From contig CAWJGT010000020.1 of assembly GCA_963842525.1 (NCBI GenBank), positions 64,001-128,000 of the forward strand: DNA of 64,000 nt. The letters run 5' to 3'. The stretch is from an uncultured Holophagales bacterium. GTDB taxonomy: Bacteria > Acidobacteriota > Thermoanaerobaculia > Multivoradales > UBA5704. The notes beneath the pieces were generated by a model. It ran no database searches. It saw only the letters and a list, made by a program, of their open reading frames with translations, and was not told the DNA's origin. The translations under genes and the position numbers were made by a program. Within the stretch, counting starts at the first letter, position 1, and every line of letters starts with the position of its first letter. Of the stretch, positions 40,202-48,692 are shown one piece after another.

Positions 40202-40483
40202 TGACACAAGGCCCTCCGTCGCGCGAGCGGCGGATGCAAATCGGGTGAATTGCCGGAAAGCCCGGGGACGGGTCACCGGCAGCCAAGGCCGGCATGGAGG
40301 ATCGCGATCCGAGGGGCTGGCAAGGTTCAGAGACTAGGACCCGAGCGAAAGCGGTAATGGTCCCACGAGCGCCCGACGCCTCCCTCGGGAGGCGATGAGA
40401 TAGTCCGTTCTACCGACATGATCCGGTGTTTCTTGAAACGGTAGAAGCCGGGGATAAAGAGCCTCGGCGGTAACAAACCCTGG
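40202..40483 (+). ncRNA. Group I intron-like ribozyme, ORF-less and intergenic
   Basis: P/Q/R/S elements AATTGCCGGAAA, CCGGCAGCCAAG, GTTCAGAGACTA and GAGATAGTCC; P3 40241-47/40370-76; P4 40251-56/40276-81; P7 40330-36/40401-06; P8 40377-94; P9 40408-15/40439-46; GNRA loops on P2 and P5. Ends approximate. Confidence 0.88.
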
Positions 40484-40558
40484 CTAAAGTTCCCAGGACC
40501 TCTTCAGCGGCAGCTCATTTTTTCGCCTGACCGGATAGAATCCCCCTCGCCAACGGTC

Positions 40559-41758
40559 ATGCGTCCCATCTCCCAACGCCGGCGCGCCGGCACGCCCTTC
40601 GGCTGCCTGATCCTGTTCTTCGGGATCTTCCTCGCCTTCGGCTCGGTGTTCCTGTACTTCTTTTTCCTGCGGCCGGTCGGAGGCCTGCTGGCAGCCCGCT
40701 CCTGGACAGAGGTGTCCTGCGTGGTGCTGGAGAGCCGGGTGGCCGAGAGCTCCGACTCGGACGGGACCACCTACAAGCCGGACATCCTGTACTCCTACTC
40801 GGTCGGCGGCATCGTCCATCAGTCCCGGCGCTACGACATGATGGAGGCCTATTCGAGCGGCTATGACGGCAAGGCCGAGATCGTGGCCCGCTACCCTCCC
40901 GGCAGGCAGACCTCCTGCTGGGTCGATCCCGCCAACCCGAACGAGGCGGTGCTCTCGCGAGGCTTCTCGGCGGCCTATCTGGTCGGGCTCTTCCCGCTGA
41001 TCTTCGTGGCTGTCGGTGCCTTCGGGCTCATCTGGGCGGTGCGCCAGAAGAACAAGACGCGCACAGCGGCGGCGCGGACGGGTGGCCCTGGCGACATCGC
41101 CTCTCCTTTCGGAGTCCAGATCCCCACCGAAGCCGCGGGTCCACTGGAGCTGCGGCCCAAGATGACGCGCCTCGGCAAGCTGCTCGGCCTTCTTTTCGCC
41201 AGCGTCTTCTGGAACGGGATCGTCTCGGTCTTCGTCTGGCAGGCCGTACAGCTCTGGCGGCAAGGACAACCGGACGGCTGCATGACCACGTTCCTGATCC
41301 CCTTCGTCCTGATCGGCCTGCTCCTGATCTTCGGCGTGTTCCAACAGCTCCTGGTGCTGTTCAATCCCCGTCTGAAGATCACGCTCAGCCGGGGTGTGCT
41401 CGCGCCGGGAGAGCCCGTCCACCTCCAATGGACGCTCTCGGGACGGGCTGCCGGTGTCCACCGCCTGCAGATCGTGTTGGAAGGGAAGGAAGAGGCCACC
41501 TACCGCCGCGGCACCGACACCTGCACCGACCGCGAGACCTTCGCCTTGGTCACGGTCGTCGATACGACCGAGCCCTTCACGATCCCGGCCGGCTCGGCGC
41601 CTCTCGAAGCGCCCGCCGGGACCATGCCCTCGTTCGCAGCCGAGCACAACAAGATCATCTGGACGCTGAAAGCTGTCTGTGAGATCCCCGGCTGGCCCGA
41701 TTCCGAGGACGAGTACGAGATCCTGGTGGCCCCCGGGAGCTATGGAGGCTGGTCGTGA
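40559..41758 (+). CDS. DUF3592-domain membrane protein
   Basis: TM helix, then SW.EV.C.VLES.V..SDSDGTTYKPDILYSY..C.VDP.NP.EAVL; further TM helices and a soluble beta domain. Confidence 0.75.
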   Translation: MRPISQRRRAGTPFGCLILFFGIFLAFGSVFLYFFFLRPVGGLLAARSWTEVSCVVLESRVAESSDSDGTTYKPDILYSYSVGGIVHQSRRYDMMEAYSSGYDGKAEIVARYPPGRQTSCWVDPANPNEAVLSRGFSAAYLVGLFPLIFVAVGAFGLIWAVRQKNKTRTAAARTGGPGDIASPFGVQIPTEAAGPLELRPKMTRLGKLLGLLFASVFWNGIVSVFVWQAVQLWRQGQPDGCMTTFLIPFVLIGLLLIFGVFQQLLVLFNPRLKITLSRGVLAPGEPVHLQWTLSGRAAGVHRLQIVLEGKEEATYRRGTDTCTDRETFALVTVVDTTEPFTIPAGSAPLEAPAGTMPSFAAEHNKIIWTLKAVCEIPGWPDSEDEYEILVAPGSYGGWS

Positions 41759-42147
41759 GCTGGATCCAGGTCGAGACCGCCGACGGTGTGACCTCCTTCC
41801 TGCCGGGCGCTACGGTCGAGGGTAAGACCTTCTGGCGCCTCGATCCGCCGCCCGAGAGCGTCGAGCTGCGGCTTTTCTGGTACACGGAAGGGAAGGGAGA
41901 CCAGGACGTAGGGATCGTCGAGGCCATCCCCTTCGCCGACCCGGCCCGGGAGGACCGGCGTTCCTTCCAGCTCCGCCTGCCCGAAGGGCCTTTCAGCTTT
42001 TCCGGCAAGCTGATCTCGCTCACGTGGGCGATCGAGGTCGTGGCCCAGCCCGGCGAACGGATGGGGCGCCTCGAGATCACCGTCTCGCCGACCGGTCAGG
42101 AGATCCGGCTCGCGCCTGGAGGAGGGTCCCATCCGGGCCCGGGATAA
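41755..42147 (+). CDS. Hypothetical protein (beta-sandwich/arrestin-like)
   Basis: GTGA coupling; VELRLFWYTEGKG..LPEGPFSFSGKLISLTW resembles the C-terminal domain of the upstream gene. Confidence 0.65.
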   Translation: MSWIQVETADGVTSFLPGATVEGKTFWRLDPPPESVELRLFWYTEGKGDQDVGIVEAIPFADPAREDRRSFQLRLPEGPFSFSGKLISLTWAIEVVAQPGERMGRLEITVSPTGQEIRLAPGGGSHPGPG

Positions 42148-42709
42148 CCCCTTCACGGTCCAGCGGGTCCTGGCTGTCCGCTACCGGCCCTCCGGCACCA
42201 CCTGGGAGGAGCTGCTCGCGAGGCTGGCCGCGTTGCGCTACCGGGCCGCGATCGTCGGCCCGCACGGCCGTGGCAAGACGACGCTCCTCGAAGACCTGGC
42301 TCCCCGCCTCGCCGCGCTGGGGCTGGCGATCCGGACGATCACCCTGAACGAGGCGCATCCGCGGCTGGACGGCCGGGACCGCGAGCTGCTCCGGCGCCTC
42401 GGCCCACGCGACTGCCTCCTCCTGGACGGGGCGGAACGGCTGGGCCGGCTCGCCTGGCTGCGCCTGCGCCGGCAGACCCGGACCGCCGGAGGCCTCGTGA
42501 TCACCGCCCACACCCCGGGCCTCCTGCCGGCTCTGATCACCTGCGAGACCACGCCCCATCTGCTCGACGGAATCGTCCGCGACCTCCTCGGGCCGGAGGC
42601 GGACGGCCTGCGACCCACGGCGGAGGAGCTGTTCGCCCGGCACCGGGGCAACCTGCGCGATGCTTTACGGCAGCTCTACGACGTCTACGCGGAAGGGAGG
42701 AGAGATTGA
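42131..42709 (+). CDS. Small P-loop ATPase; start codon uncertain (ATC after GGAGG)
   Basis: IVGPHGRGKTTLL and LLLDGAE; the frame is open upstream of the called ORF to (I)RARDNPF at 42131. Confidence 0.7.
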   Translation: MRARDNPFTVQRVLAVRYRPSGTTWEELLARLAALRYRAAIVGPHGRGKTTLLEDLAPRLAALGLAIRTITLNEAHPRLDGRDRELLRRLGPRDCLLLDGAERLGRLAWLRLRRQTRTAGGLVITAHTPGLLPALITCETTPHLLDGIVRDLLGPEADGLRPTAEELFARHRGNLRDALRQLYDVYAEGRRD

Positions 42710-43182
42710 AACGTCCCATGCTTCCACTGGCCCTGCTCCTGTTGACCGGCTGTGTCGCCGTTCGCGAGGCTCCGGAAACCCCGCACCCGGCCCGCCGGGT
42801 CATCTCGACGGACCGTGCTCCGGCGGCCATCGCGGCCTACTCGCAGGCCATCCAGGTGGGGGATACCCTCTGGCTGGCCGGCCAGATCGGCCTCGATCCG
42901 GCCACCCGCGAGATCGTCCCAGGAGGCCTGGAGGCGGAGACCCGCCGCGCCCTGGACAACTGCAGGGCCGTGCTGGAGGCGGCCGGCTTCTCGCTGCGGG
43001 ACGTGGTGCAGGTCCAGGTCTTCCTGGCGGACATCAGCGACTACACAAAGCTCAACGAGGTCTATACCGGCTACTTTCCCAAGGACCCGCCGGCTCGCGC
43101 CGTCGTGGCGGTCGCGGCCCTGCCGCGAGGTGCGCGGGTGGAGATCGTCATGACCGCGGTCCGCCACGGAGGCGAGGATTGA
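42706..43182 (+). CDS. RidA/YjgF family protein with lipoprotein signal
   Basis: APAAIAAYSQAI, AGQIGLDP, NEVY..YF..PPARAVV.V..LP; N-terminal LLLLTGC. Confidence 0.88.
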   Translation: MKRPMLPLALLLLTGCVAVREAPETPHPARRVISTDRAPAAIAAYSQAIQVGDTLWLAGQIGLDPATREIVPGGLEAETRRALDNCRAVLEAAGFSLRDVVQVQVFLADISDYTKLNEVYTGYFPKDPPARAVVAVAALPRGARVEIVMTAVRHGGED

Positions 43183-43242
43183 CCCGCTGCCTCGGTCAGC
43201 GATAAGGTCTCCCCCAGATTCCAAAAAGAGAGGAAACGGGCC

Positions 43243-44427
43243 ATGCCTGATTCGGTGACCGTGAGGAGCAGTCAGTCGTGGTTTTCCCGCATCGGCGGGT
43301 CGATCAAGAGCGTCCTGGTCGGCCTGCTGCTGTTCGTCGCCTCCTTCCCGATCCTGTTCTGGAACGAGGGCCGGGCCGTGCGCACCGCCAAGAGCCTGGA
43401 GGAGGGCGCCGGAGCGGTGGTCAGCGTGCCGGCGGACGCGGTCAATGCGGCGAACGCCGGGAAGCTGGTGCATATGAGCGGCGCCGTAGCAACGGACGCG
43501 CCCCTGGTCGACCCGGACTTCGGCGTCCAGGCGTCCGCGGTCAAGCTGATCCGGGACGTCGAGATGTACCAGTGGAAGGAAAACGAGAAGTCCGAGACCA
43601 AGAAGAAGCTCGGCGGCGGGGAAGAGACGGTGACGACCTACACGTACGAGAAGGCCTGGTCGTCCGACACCATCGACTCGGCGAGCTTCCAGGAAACCTC
43701 CGGGCACGAGAATCCGGGGAGCTTCCCGGTCCAGGCCAACACGGTGGTGGCCGATCCGGTCCGGCTCGGCGCCTTCCAGCTCTCGCCCGAGCAGATCGAC
43801 AAGCTCACGGATGCGCAAGACCTGCCGGTCAACGATGCCATGGGCGAGGCGATCCCCGAGCCGATGCGGGAGCAGGTCCAGGTGAGCGGCGGGGTCTTCT
43901 ACATGGGCGAGAACCCGTCCTCGCCACAGATCGGCGACGCGCGGATCCGCTTCCGCGTCGTCCGGCCGTCGACGGCGAGCGTGGTGGGCGTCCAGACCGG
44001 GAGCACCTTCGCGCCCTTCCAGGCCGAGGCAGGAGATGCGGTCCTCCTGGTGGAGGAGGGTACCCACGGCGCGGCCGAGATGTTCCAGTCGGCCCAGGAC
44101 GCCAACAAGGTGATGACCTGGATCCTCCGCGCGCTCGGCTGGTTCCTGATGTTCATCGGCCTGACGATGGTCTTCCGGCCGATCTCGGTCTTCGCCGACG
44201 TGGTCCCCCTGTTCGGCACGATGCTGGGCGCCGGTCTGGGGATCTTCTCCTTCCTGATCTCCGCGGCCCTCTCGATCCTGACGATCGCCGTCAGTTGGCT
44301 TTTCGTCCGGCCGCTCCTGGGGATCACATTGCTGGTGGTGGCCGTCGCCGCCATTGTCTGGCTGGTGCGGCTCGGCAAGAAGAAGAAAAAGGCGCGGATG
44401 GGGGCGCCGGTAGTGCAGACGGCGTAG
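43243..44427 (+). CDS. TMEM43 (DUF1625) family membrane protein
   Basis: LFWNEGRAV, L.RDVEMYQW.E, Y.K.WS..IDS..F..GHENP and PQIGDARIRF motifs; C-terminal TM helices. Confidence 0.85.
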   Translation: MPDSVTVRSSQSWFSRIGGSIKSVLVGLLLFVASFPILFWNEGRAVRTAKSLEEGAGAVVSVPADAVNAANAGKLVHMSGAVATDAPLVDPDFGVQASAVKLIRDVEMYQWKENEKSETKKKLGGGEETVTTYTYEKAWSSDTIDSASFQETSGHENPGSFPVQANTVVADPVRLGAFQLSPEQIDKLTDAQDLPVNDAMGEAIPEPMREQVQVSGGVFYMGENPSSPQIGDARIRFRVVRPSTASVVGVQTGSTFAPFQAEAGDAVLLVEEGTHGAAEMFQSAQDANKVMTWILRALGWFLMFIGLTMVFRPISVFADVVPLFGTMLGAGLGIFSFLISAALSILTIAVSWLFVRPLLGITLLVVAVAAIVWLVRLGKKKKKARMGAPVVQTA

Positions 44428-44429
44428 GG

Positions 44430-44995
44430 CCCTCACCCCCCTGACCCCCCTCTCCCATCCGCCCTCCCGGCCCCCGGGAGAGGGGGGAAGAATAGAATTG
44501 AGAGGAGGCTTTTCGGAATGGCATTCCGTGGCTCTTTGGAGCGGAGGGACTCCTTACGGCGGGAGGACTTCACCCACGCGAAACGCAAATCGCGGGAGCT
44601 GCGCAGAGAGCCGACCGAGTCCGAAGCGGCGCTCTGGGAGTTGCTGAGGAACCGGAGCCTCGTTGGAATGAAGTTCCGGCGGCAGGTGCCGGTTGACCGC
44701 TACATCGTCGATTTCTACTGTCACGACCGAAGGCTTGTCGTAGAGGCTCGACGGGGACATCCATGCCTTACCCGAGCAGGAGATGCATGACGCAAGTCGT
44801 GACACCCACCTGCGCTCCCTCGGTTTGAGAATTCTCCGCATCCCCAACGCTGTGATCTTCAAAGATCCCGATGCAGTCTTGAGGGCAATTCGCGAGGCGG
44901 CAAACCGTCCCGTGGCCATCCCGAAGAGCAGGTAACCCTTCCCCCTCTCCCGGGGGAAGGGAGGGCGGATGGGAGAGGGGGCCAGGGGGTGAGGG
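44430..44995. mobile_element. DUF559 cassette bounded by ~58-bp self-palindromic inverted repeats
   Basis: CCCTCACCCC..CCCCTCTCCCATCCGCCCTCCC..CCCCCGGGAGAGGGGG (44430-44487) and its near reverse complement (44941-44995). Confidence 0.65.
44518..44935 (+). CDS. DUF559 (Vsr-like) endonuclease (+1 frameshift near 44746)
   Basis: RELRREPTESEAALW..LR..KFRRQ..YIVDFYC..LVVE then LDGDIH..D..RD..L..LG.RILR. Confidence 0.85.
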
Positions 44996-45022
44996 GCTCC
45001 CGAAGGCTACAATGCCCCTGTC

Positions 45023-47641
45023 ATGGCTGAAGTCGTCATCCCCTCCAACGTAGTCGCCACCGTGCTGGCTCCCGAGACCCGTCTTGGCCGCCCGTCCCTC
45101 GCCGCATACATCCCGCCGGGGGGGACGTCCGATCCGGACGAGATCCTCTCGCGGTTCCTGGAGTGGGTATCCGCGATCGGGCTCGAGCTCTATCCGGCGC
45201 AGGAAGAGGCCCTGCTCGAGATCATGGCGGGCCGGCACGTCATCTTGAACACCCCGACCGGGTCGGGCAAGTCGCTGGTCGCCCTCGGCCTCCACTTCAA
45301 GGCCATGTGCGAAGGCAAGACCTCCTACTACACCAGCCCCATCAAGGCCCTGGCGAGCGAGAAGTTCTTCTCCCTGTGCGATGAGCTCGGCGCGGTCAAC
45401 GTCGGCATGCTGACCGGCGACGCCAGTATCAACCCCGACGCCAAGGTGCTCTGCTGCACGGCCGAGGTGCTCGCCAACATGGCGCTGCGCGAGGGGGAAG
45501 GGCTCGACGCCCCCTACGTGGTGATGGACGAGTTCCACTACTACTCGGACCGCGAACGCGGCTGGGCCTGGCAGGTCCCTCTCCTGCTGCTGCCGCGGAC
45601 CCGCTTCCTCCTCATGTCCGCCACCCTCGGCGATGTGAGCGCCATCGCGGAGCACGTCCAGGAACGGACCGGCGTCGAGGTGGCCGTCGTCAGCTCCGAG
45701 CATCGCCCCGTCCCTCTCGACTTTGAATACCGGGAGACGCCGCTCCACGAGACCGTGGAAGTCCTGCTCAAAGAGGGCAAGGCGCCGATCTACATCGTGA
45801 ATTTCACCCAGCGGGAGTGCGCCGAGCTCGCCCAGGCCTTGACCAGCATGCAGATCACCACCCGCGAGGAGCGCGAGCGCATCCGCGACGCGATCGGCAA
45901 TTACCGGCTCGACACCCCGTACGGCAAGGAGTTCCGCCGCTTCCTCTCCTTCGGCGTTGGGGTCCACCATGCGGGCCTCTTGCCCAAATACCGCCTGCTC
46001 GTGGAGCAGCTCTCGCAGCACGCGCTCCTCAAGATCATCTGCGGCACCGACACCCTGGGCGTGGGGGTCAACATCCCGATCCGTACCGTGCTCTTCACCA
46101 AGCTCGCCAAGTACGACGGCAACAAGACCTCACTCCTGTCGGTCCGCGACTTCAAGCAGATCGCCGGCCGCGCCGGCCGCAAGGGGTTCGACGACAAGGG
46201 CAGCGTGGTCTCCCAGGCGCCCGAGCACATCATCGAGAAGCGCAAGAGCGAGAGCAGCGGCAAGAAAGGCAAGGTCTTCAAGGGGCCGGCCAAGGGGGAG
46301 GTCTCGTGGACCCAGGAGACCTTCGAGAAGCTCATCCAGCGCCCGCCGGAGACGCTCAAATCCCGGTTCCATATCACCCACGGCATGGTGCTCAACCTCC
46401 TGCAGCACGATGCCGAGCAGGACGACCCGAACCTCCGCAACTTCGACTCCCTCCGGGAGCTGATCCGCCGCAGCCATGAGGACGAGGGAAGCAAGAAGCG
46501 CCTCCTGACCCAGGCCGCGGTCCTGGTCCGCTCCCTGTACCGCTCCGGCATCATCCGTATGAAGCGGGATTCGGTGACCGACTACCTGTGGGCCGTGATC
46601 GCCGAAGACCTCCAGTGGGATTTCTCGCTGTTCCACGCCCTGTCGCTCTATCTCGTCGAGACCGTCGGCCGGCTGGAGCCCGAGTCGCCGGACTATTCGT
46701 TCAACCTGATCTCGCTGGCCGAGTCGATCCTGGAGAACCCGGACATCATCCTCCGCCGCCAGGAGGACAAGCTGAAGCAGGCGCTCCTCGCCCAGCTCAA
46801 GACGGACCACGTCCCCTATGAGGAGCGGATGGAGAAGCTGGAGACAGTGAGCTATCCCAAGCCGCTCTCCGATTTCCTCTACGGCACCTTCAACATGTTC
46901 CGCGGCCACCACCCCTGGGTAGGAGGCGAGGACATCCGCCCGAAGTCGATCGGCCGCGAGATGTGGGAGGGCTATCTGAGCTTCGCGGACTACGTGAAGC
47001 ACTACGGCCTCCAGAGGAGCGAAGGGGTGCTGCTGCGTTACCTCTCGCAGCTCTATCGGACGCTCGACCTGAACGTCCCCGAGGCGGTCAAGAACGAGGC
47101 GGTGCTCGACGCGCTCGGCTTCCTGCGCACCGTGCTGGAGCACACCGACACGAGCCTGCTGGAGGAGTGGGAGAGCCTGATCCACCCCGAGCTGGTCCTG
47201 CAGCGGGGCGAGCAGCGGAAGGTGGCGACCGAGGCGCTGTGGATCGAAGAGCTGGTCCACGACCCGAAAGCCTTTGCCGCCCGGGTGCGCGCCGAGATGC
47301 ATCTCCTGGTAAGGGCCCTGGCAAGCCGGGACTGGGAAGAGGCCGCCGCCTCGATCCGCCAGGACCCGGACGATCCCGAGACCGTCTGGGACGCCGAGCG
47401 TTTCGAGGCCGCACTGGAGCCCTTCTTCGCCGAATACAGCGAGCTCGTCTTCACCGCCGAGGCCCGCCGCCATCAGTGGACCCAGGTCCGTCCCACGGGA
47501 ACGCCCCGCGTCTGGGAGGTGAGCCACACCCTCGTCGACCCCCAGGGAGACAACCTCTGGGCCCTCCTCGGCACCATCGACCTCAGCCGTCCCGACGAGA
47601 TCGACGGGCCCCTCCTGCGGCTGCAGAGGATCGGGCCGTGA
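45023..47641 (+). CDS. Ski2/HelY-like DEAD/DEAH helicase (DUF3516 C-terminus)
   Basis: TPTGSGKS, MDEFHYY, MSAT, HHAGLLP, TDTLGVGVN and QIAGRAGR motifs. Confidence 0.92.
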   Translation: MAEVVIPSNVVATVLAPETRLGRPSLAAYIPPGGTSDPDEILSRFLEWVSAIGLELYPAQEEALLEIMAGRHVILNTPTGSGKSLVALGLHFKAMCEGKTSYYTSPIKALASEKFFSLCDELGAVNVGMLTGDASINPDAKVLCCTAEVLANMALREGEGLDAPYVVMDEFHYYSDRERGWAWQVPLLLLPRTRFLLMSATLGDVSAIAEHVQERTGVEVAVVSSEHRPVPLDFEYRETPLHETVEVLLKEGKAPIYIVNFTQRECAELAQALTSMQITTREERERIRDAIGNYRLDTPYGKEFRRFLSFGVGVHHAGLLPKYRLLVEQLSQHALLKIICGTDTLGVGVNIPIRTVLFTKLAKYDGNKTSLLSVRDFKQIAGRAGRKGFDDKGSVVSQAPEHIIEKRKSESSGKKGKVFKGPAKGEVSWTQETFEKLIQRPPETLKSRFHITHGMVLNLLQHDAEQDDPNLRNFDSLRELIRRSHEDEGSKKRLLTQAAVLVRSLYRSGIIRMKRDSVTDYLWAVIAEDLQWDFSLFHALSLYLVETVGRLEPESPDYSFNLISLAESILENPDIILRRQEDKLKQALLAQLKTDHVPYEERMEKLETVSYPKPLSDFLYGTFNMFRGHHPWVGGEDIRPKSIGREMWEGYLSFADYVKHYGLQRSEGVLLRYLSQLYRTLDLNVPEAVKNEAVLDALGFLRTVLEHTDTSLLEEWESLIHPELVLQRGEQRKVATEALWIEELVHDPKAFAARVRAEMHLLVRALASRDWEEAAASIRQDPDDPETVWDAERFEAALEPFFAEYSELVFTAEARRHQWTQVRPTGTPRVWEVSHTLVDPQGDNLWALLGTIDLSRPDEIDGPLLRLQRIGP

Positions 47642-47699
47642 GCAGGCCTCAGAAACCTGAGGCGCTGCAAAAGCGTAGTGTCAGCAGGGAGGATTCTCG

Positions 47700-47897
47700 A
47701 TGGGCAAAGTCCTCGTCTGGCTGATCCTGCTCGTCATCTGCTGGCCTCTGGCCCTGCTGGTGCTTGTCCTCTATCCGTTCGTCTGGCTCCTCTCTCTGCC
47801 GTTCCGGCTGGTGGGCATCACCCTGGACGCGGTATTCGAGCTTCTCAAGGCCATCCTGTACCTGCCGGCCCGGGTCCTGAGCCCGCGGCGGGCCTGA
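47700..47897 (+). CDS. Small hydrophobic membrane protein
   Basis: GGAGG RBS; 65-aa hydrophobic ORF. Confidence 0.7.
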   Translation: MGKVLVWLILLVICWPLALLVLVLYPFVWLLSLPFRLVGITLDAVFELLKAILYLPARVLSPRRA

Positions 47898-47934
47898 GGC
47901 CTGGTCGCCGGGGCTCGTGGTACCATCCCTGCGT

Positions 47935-48493
47935 ATGGCGGTCGCCTCCCAGCTTCTGACCGCAGAGGATCTTCTTCGGATGCCTCGTGACGGCTGGCGT
48001 TACGAGCTGCGTGGAGGGGGAGCTTCGACGCATGCCGCCTCCGGGCTTCCAGCACGGCACAACGGCAGGAGAGATCAGCGGACGGCTCTTTCAGCACGTC
48101 CAGGCGAACAACCTTGGCGTGGTTCCGGCCGCAGAAACCGGCTACAAGCTCCAATCGAATCCGGACACCGTTCGCGCACCCGACGTCTCCTTCGTCTCCC
48201 GGGAACGGCTCTCGGCGCTTTCCTTTGATGAGGAGGGGTACTTTCCCGGCGCCCCGGACTTCCTTGTCGAGGTCGTGTCCCCATCGGACAGCTTCGCCGA
48301 GGTGCAAGAGAAGGTATACCTCTGGTTGGCCGCCGGCGCCAAGCTCGTCGTCGCGATCCTTCCGCGTCAGCGAGCCTGCTTCGTCTACCGGCCTGGACAG
48401 GCGGTTCTCCGCCTCGGGTCAGCGGACACTCTCGACGCATCCGATGCAGTGCCCGGCTGGACCCTGAGCCTCGCAGAGATCCTCAAACACTGA
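47935..48493 (+). CDS. Uma2 family endonuclease (+1 frameshift near 48010)
   Basis: LTAEDLLRMP..RYEL then VEGELRRMPPPG..HG; RAPDVSF; APDFLVEVVSPSD. Confidence 0.85.
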
Positions 48494-48692
48494 GGGCGCG
48501 CCGGCTCAACGGACCGCGTCTCGGTTCGACGGGATTCCCGCACCTACCAGGTAAGAGAAGCCCTTCTATCCTGCTCCGTTTCTTGCAAGCTTTTAGCGGG
48601 CCCTACGAGCTGGCCCTGACGTCCTGGGGCCGGCCTCTTCGACGGCGGGACTGTTTCCCGCTGCTCCGTCCTGGTTCAAGGAGAAGCTCGGT

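Noticed and set aside
40201-40206. TTGACA as a -35 promoter box
   Set aside because: No -10 hexamer 16-18 nt downstream; the bases fit the ribozyme P1 stem-loop.
40202-40483. IStron or homing-endonuclease-carrying intron
   Set aside because: Only ~280 nt, with no internal ORF and no adjacent tnpA/tnpB.
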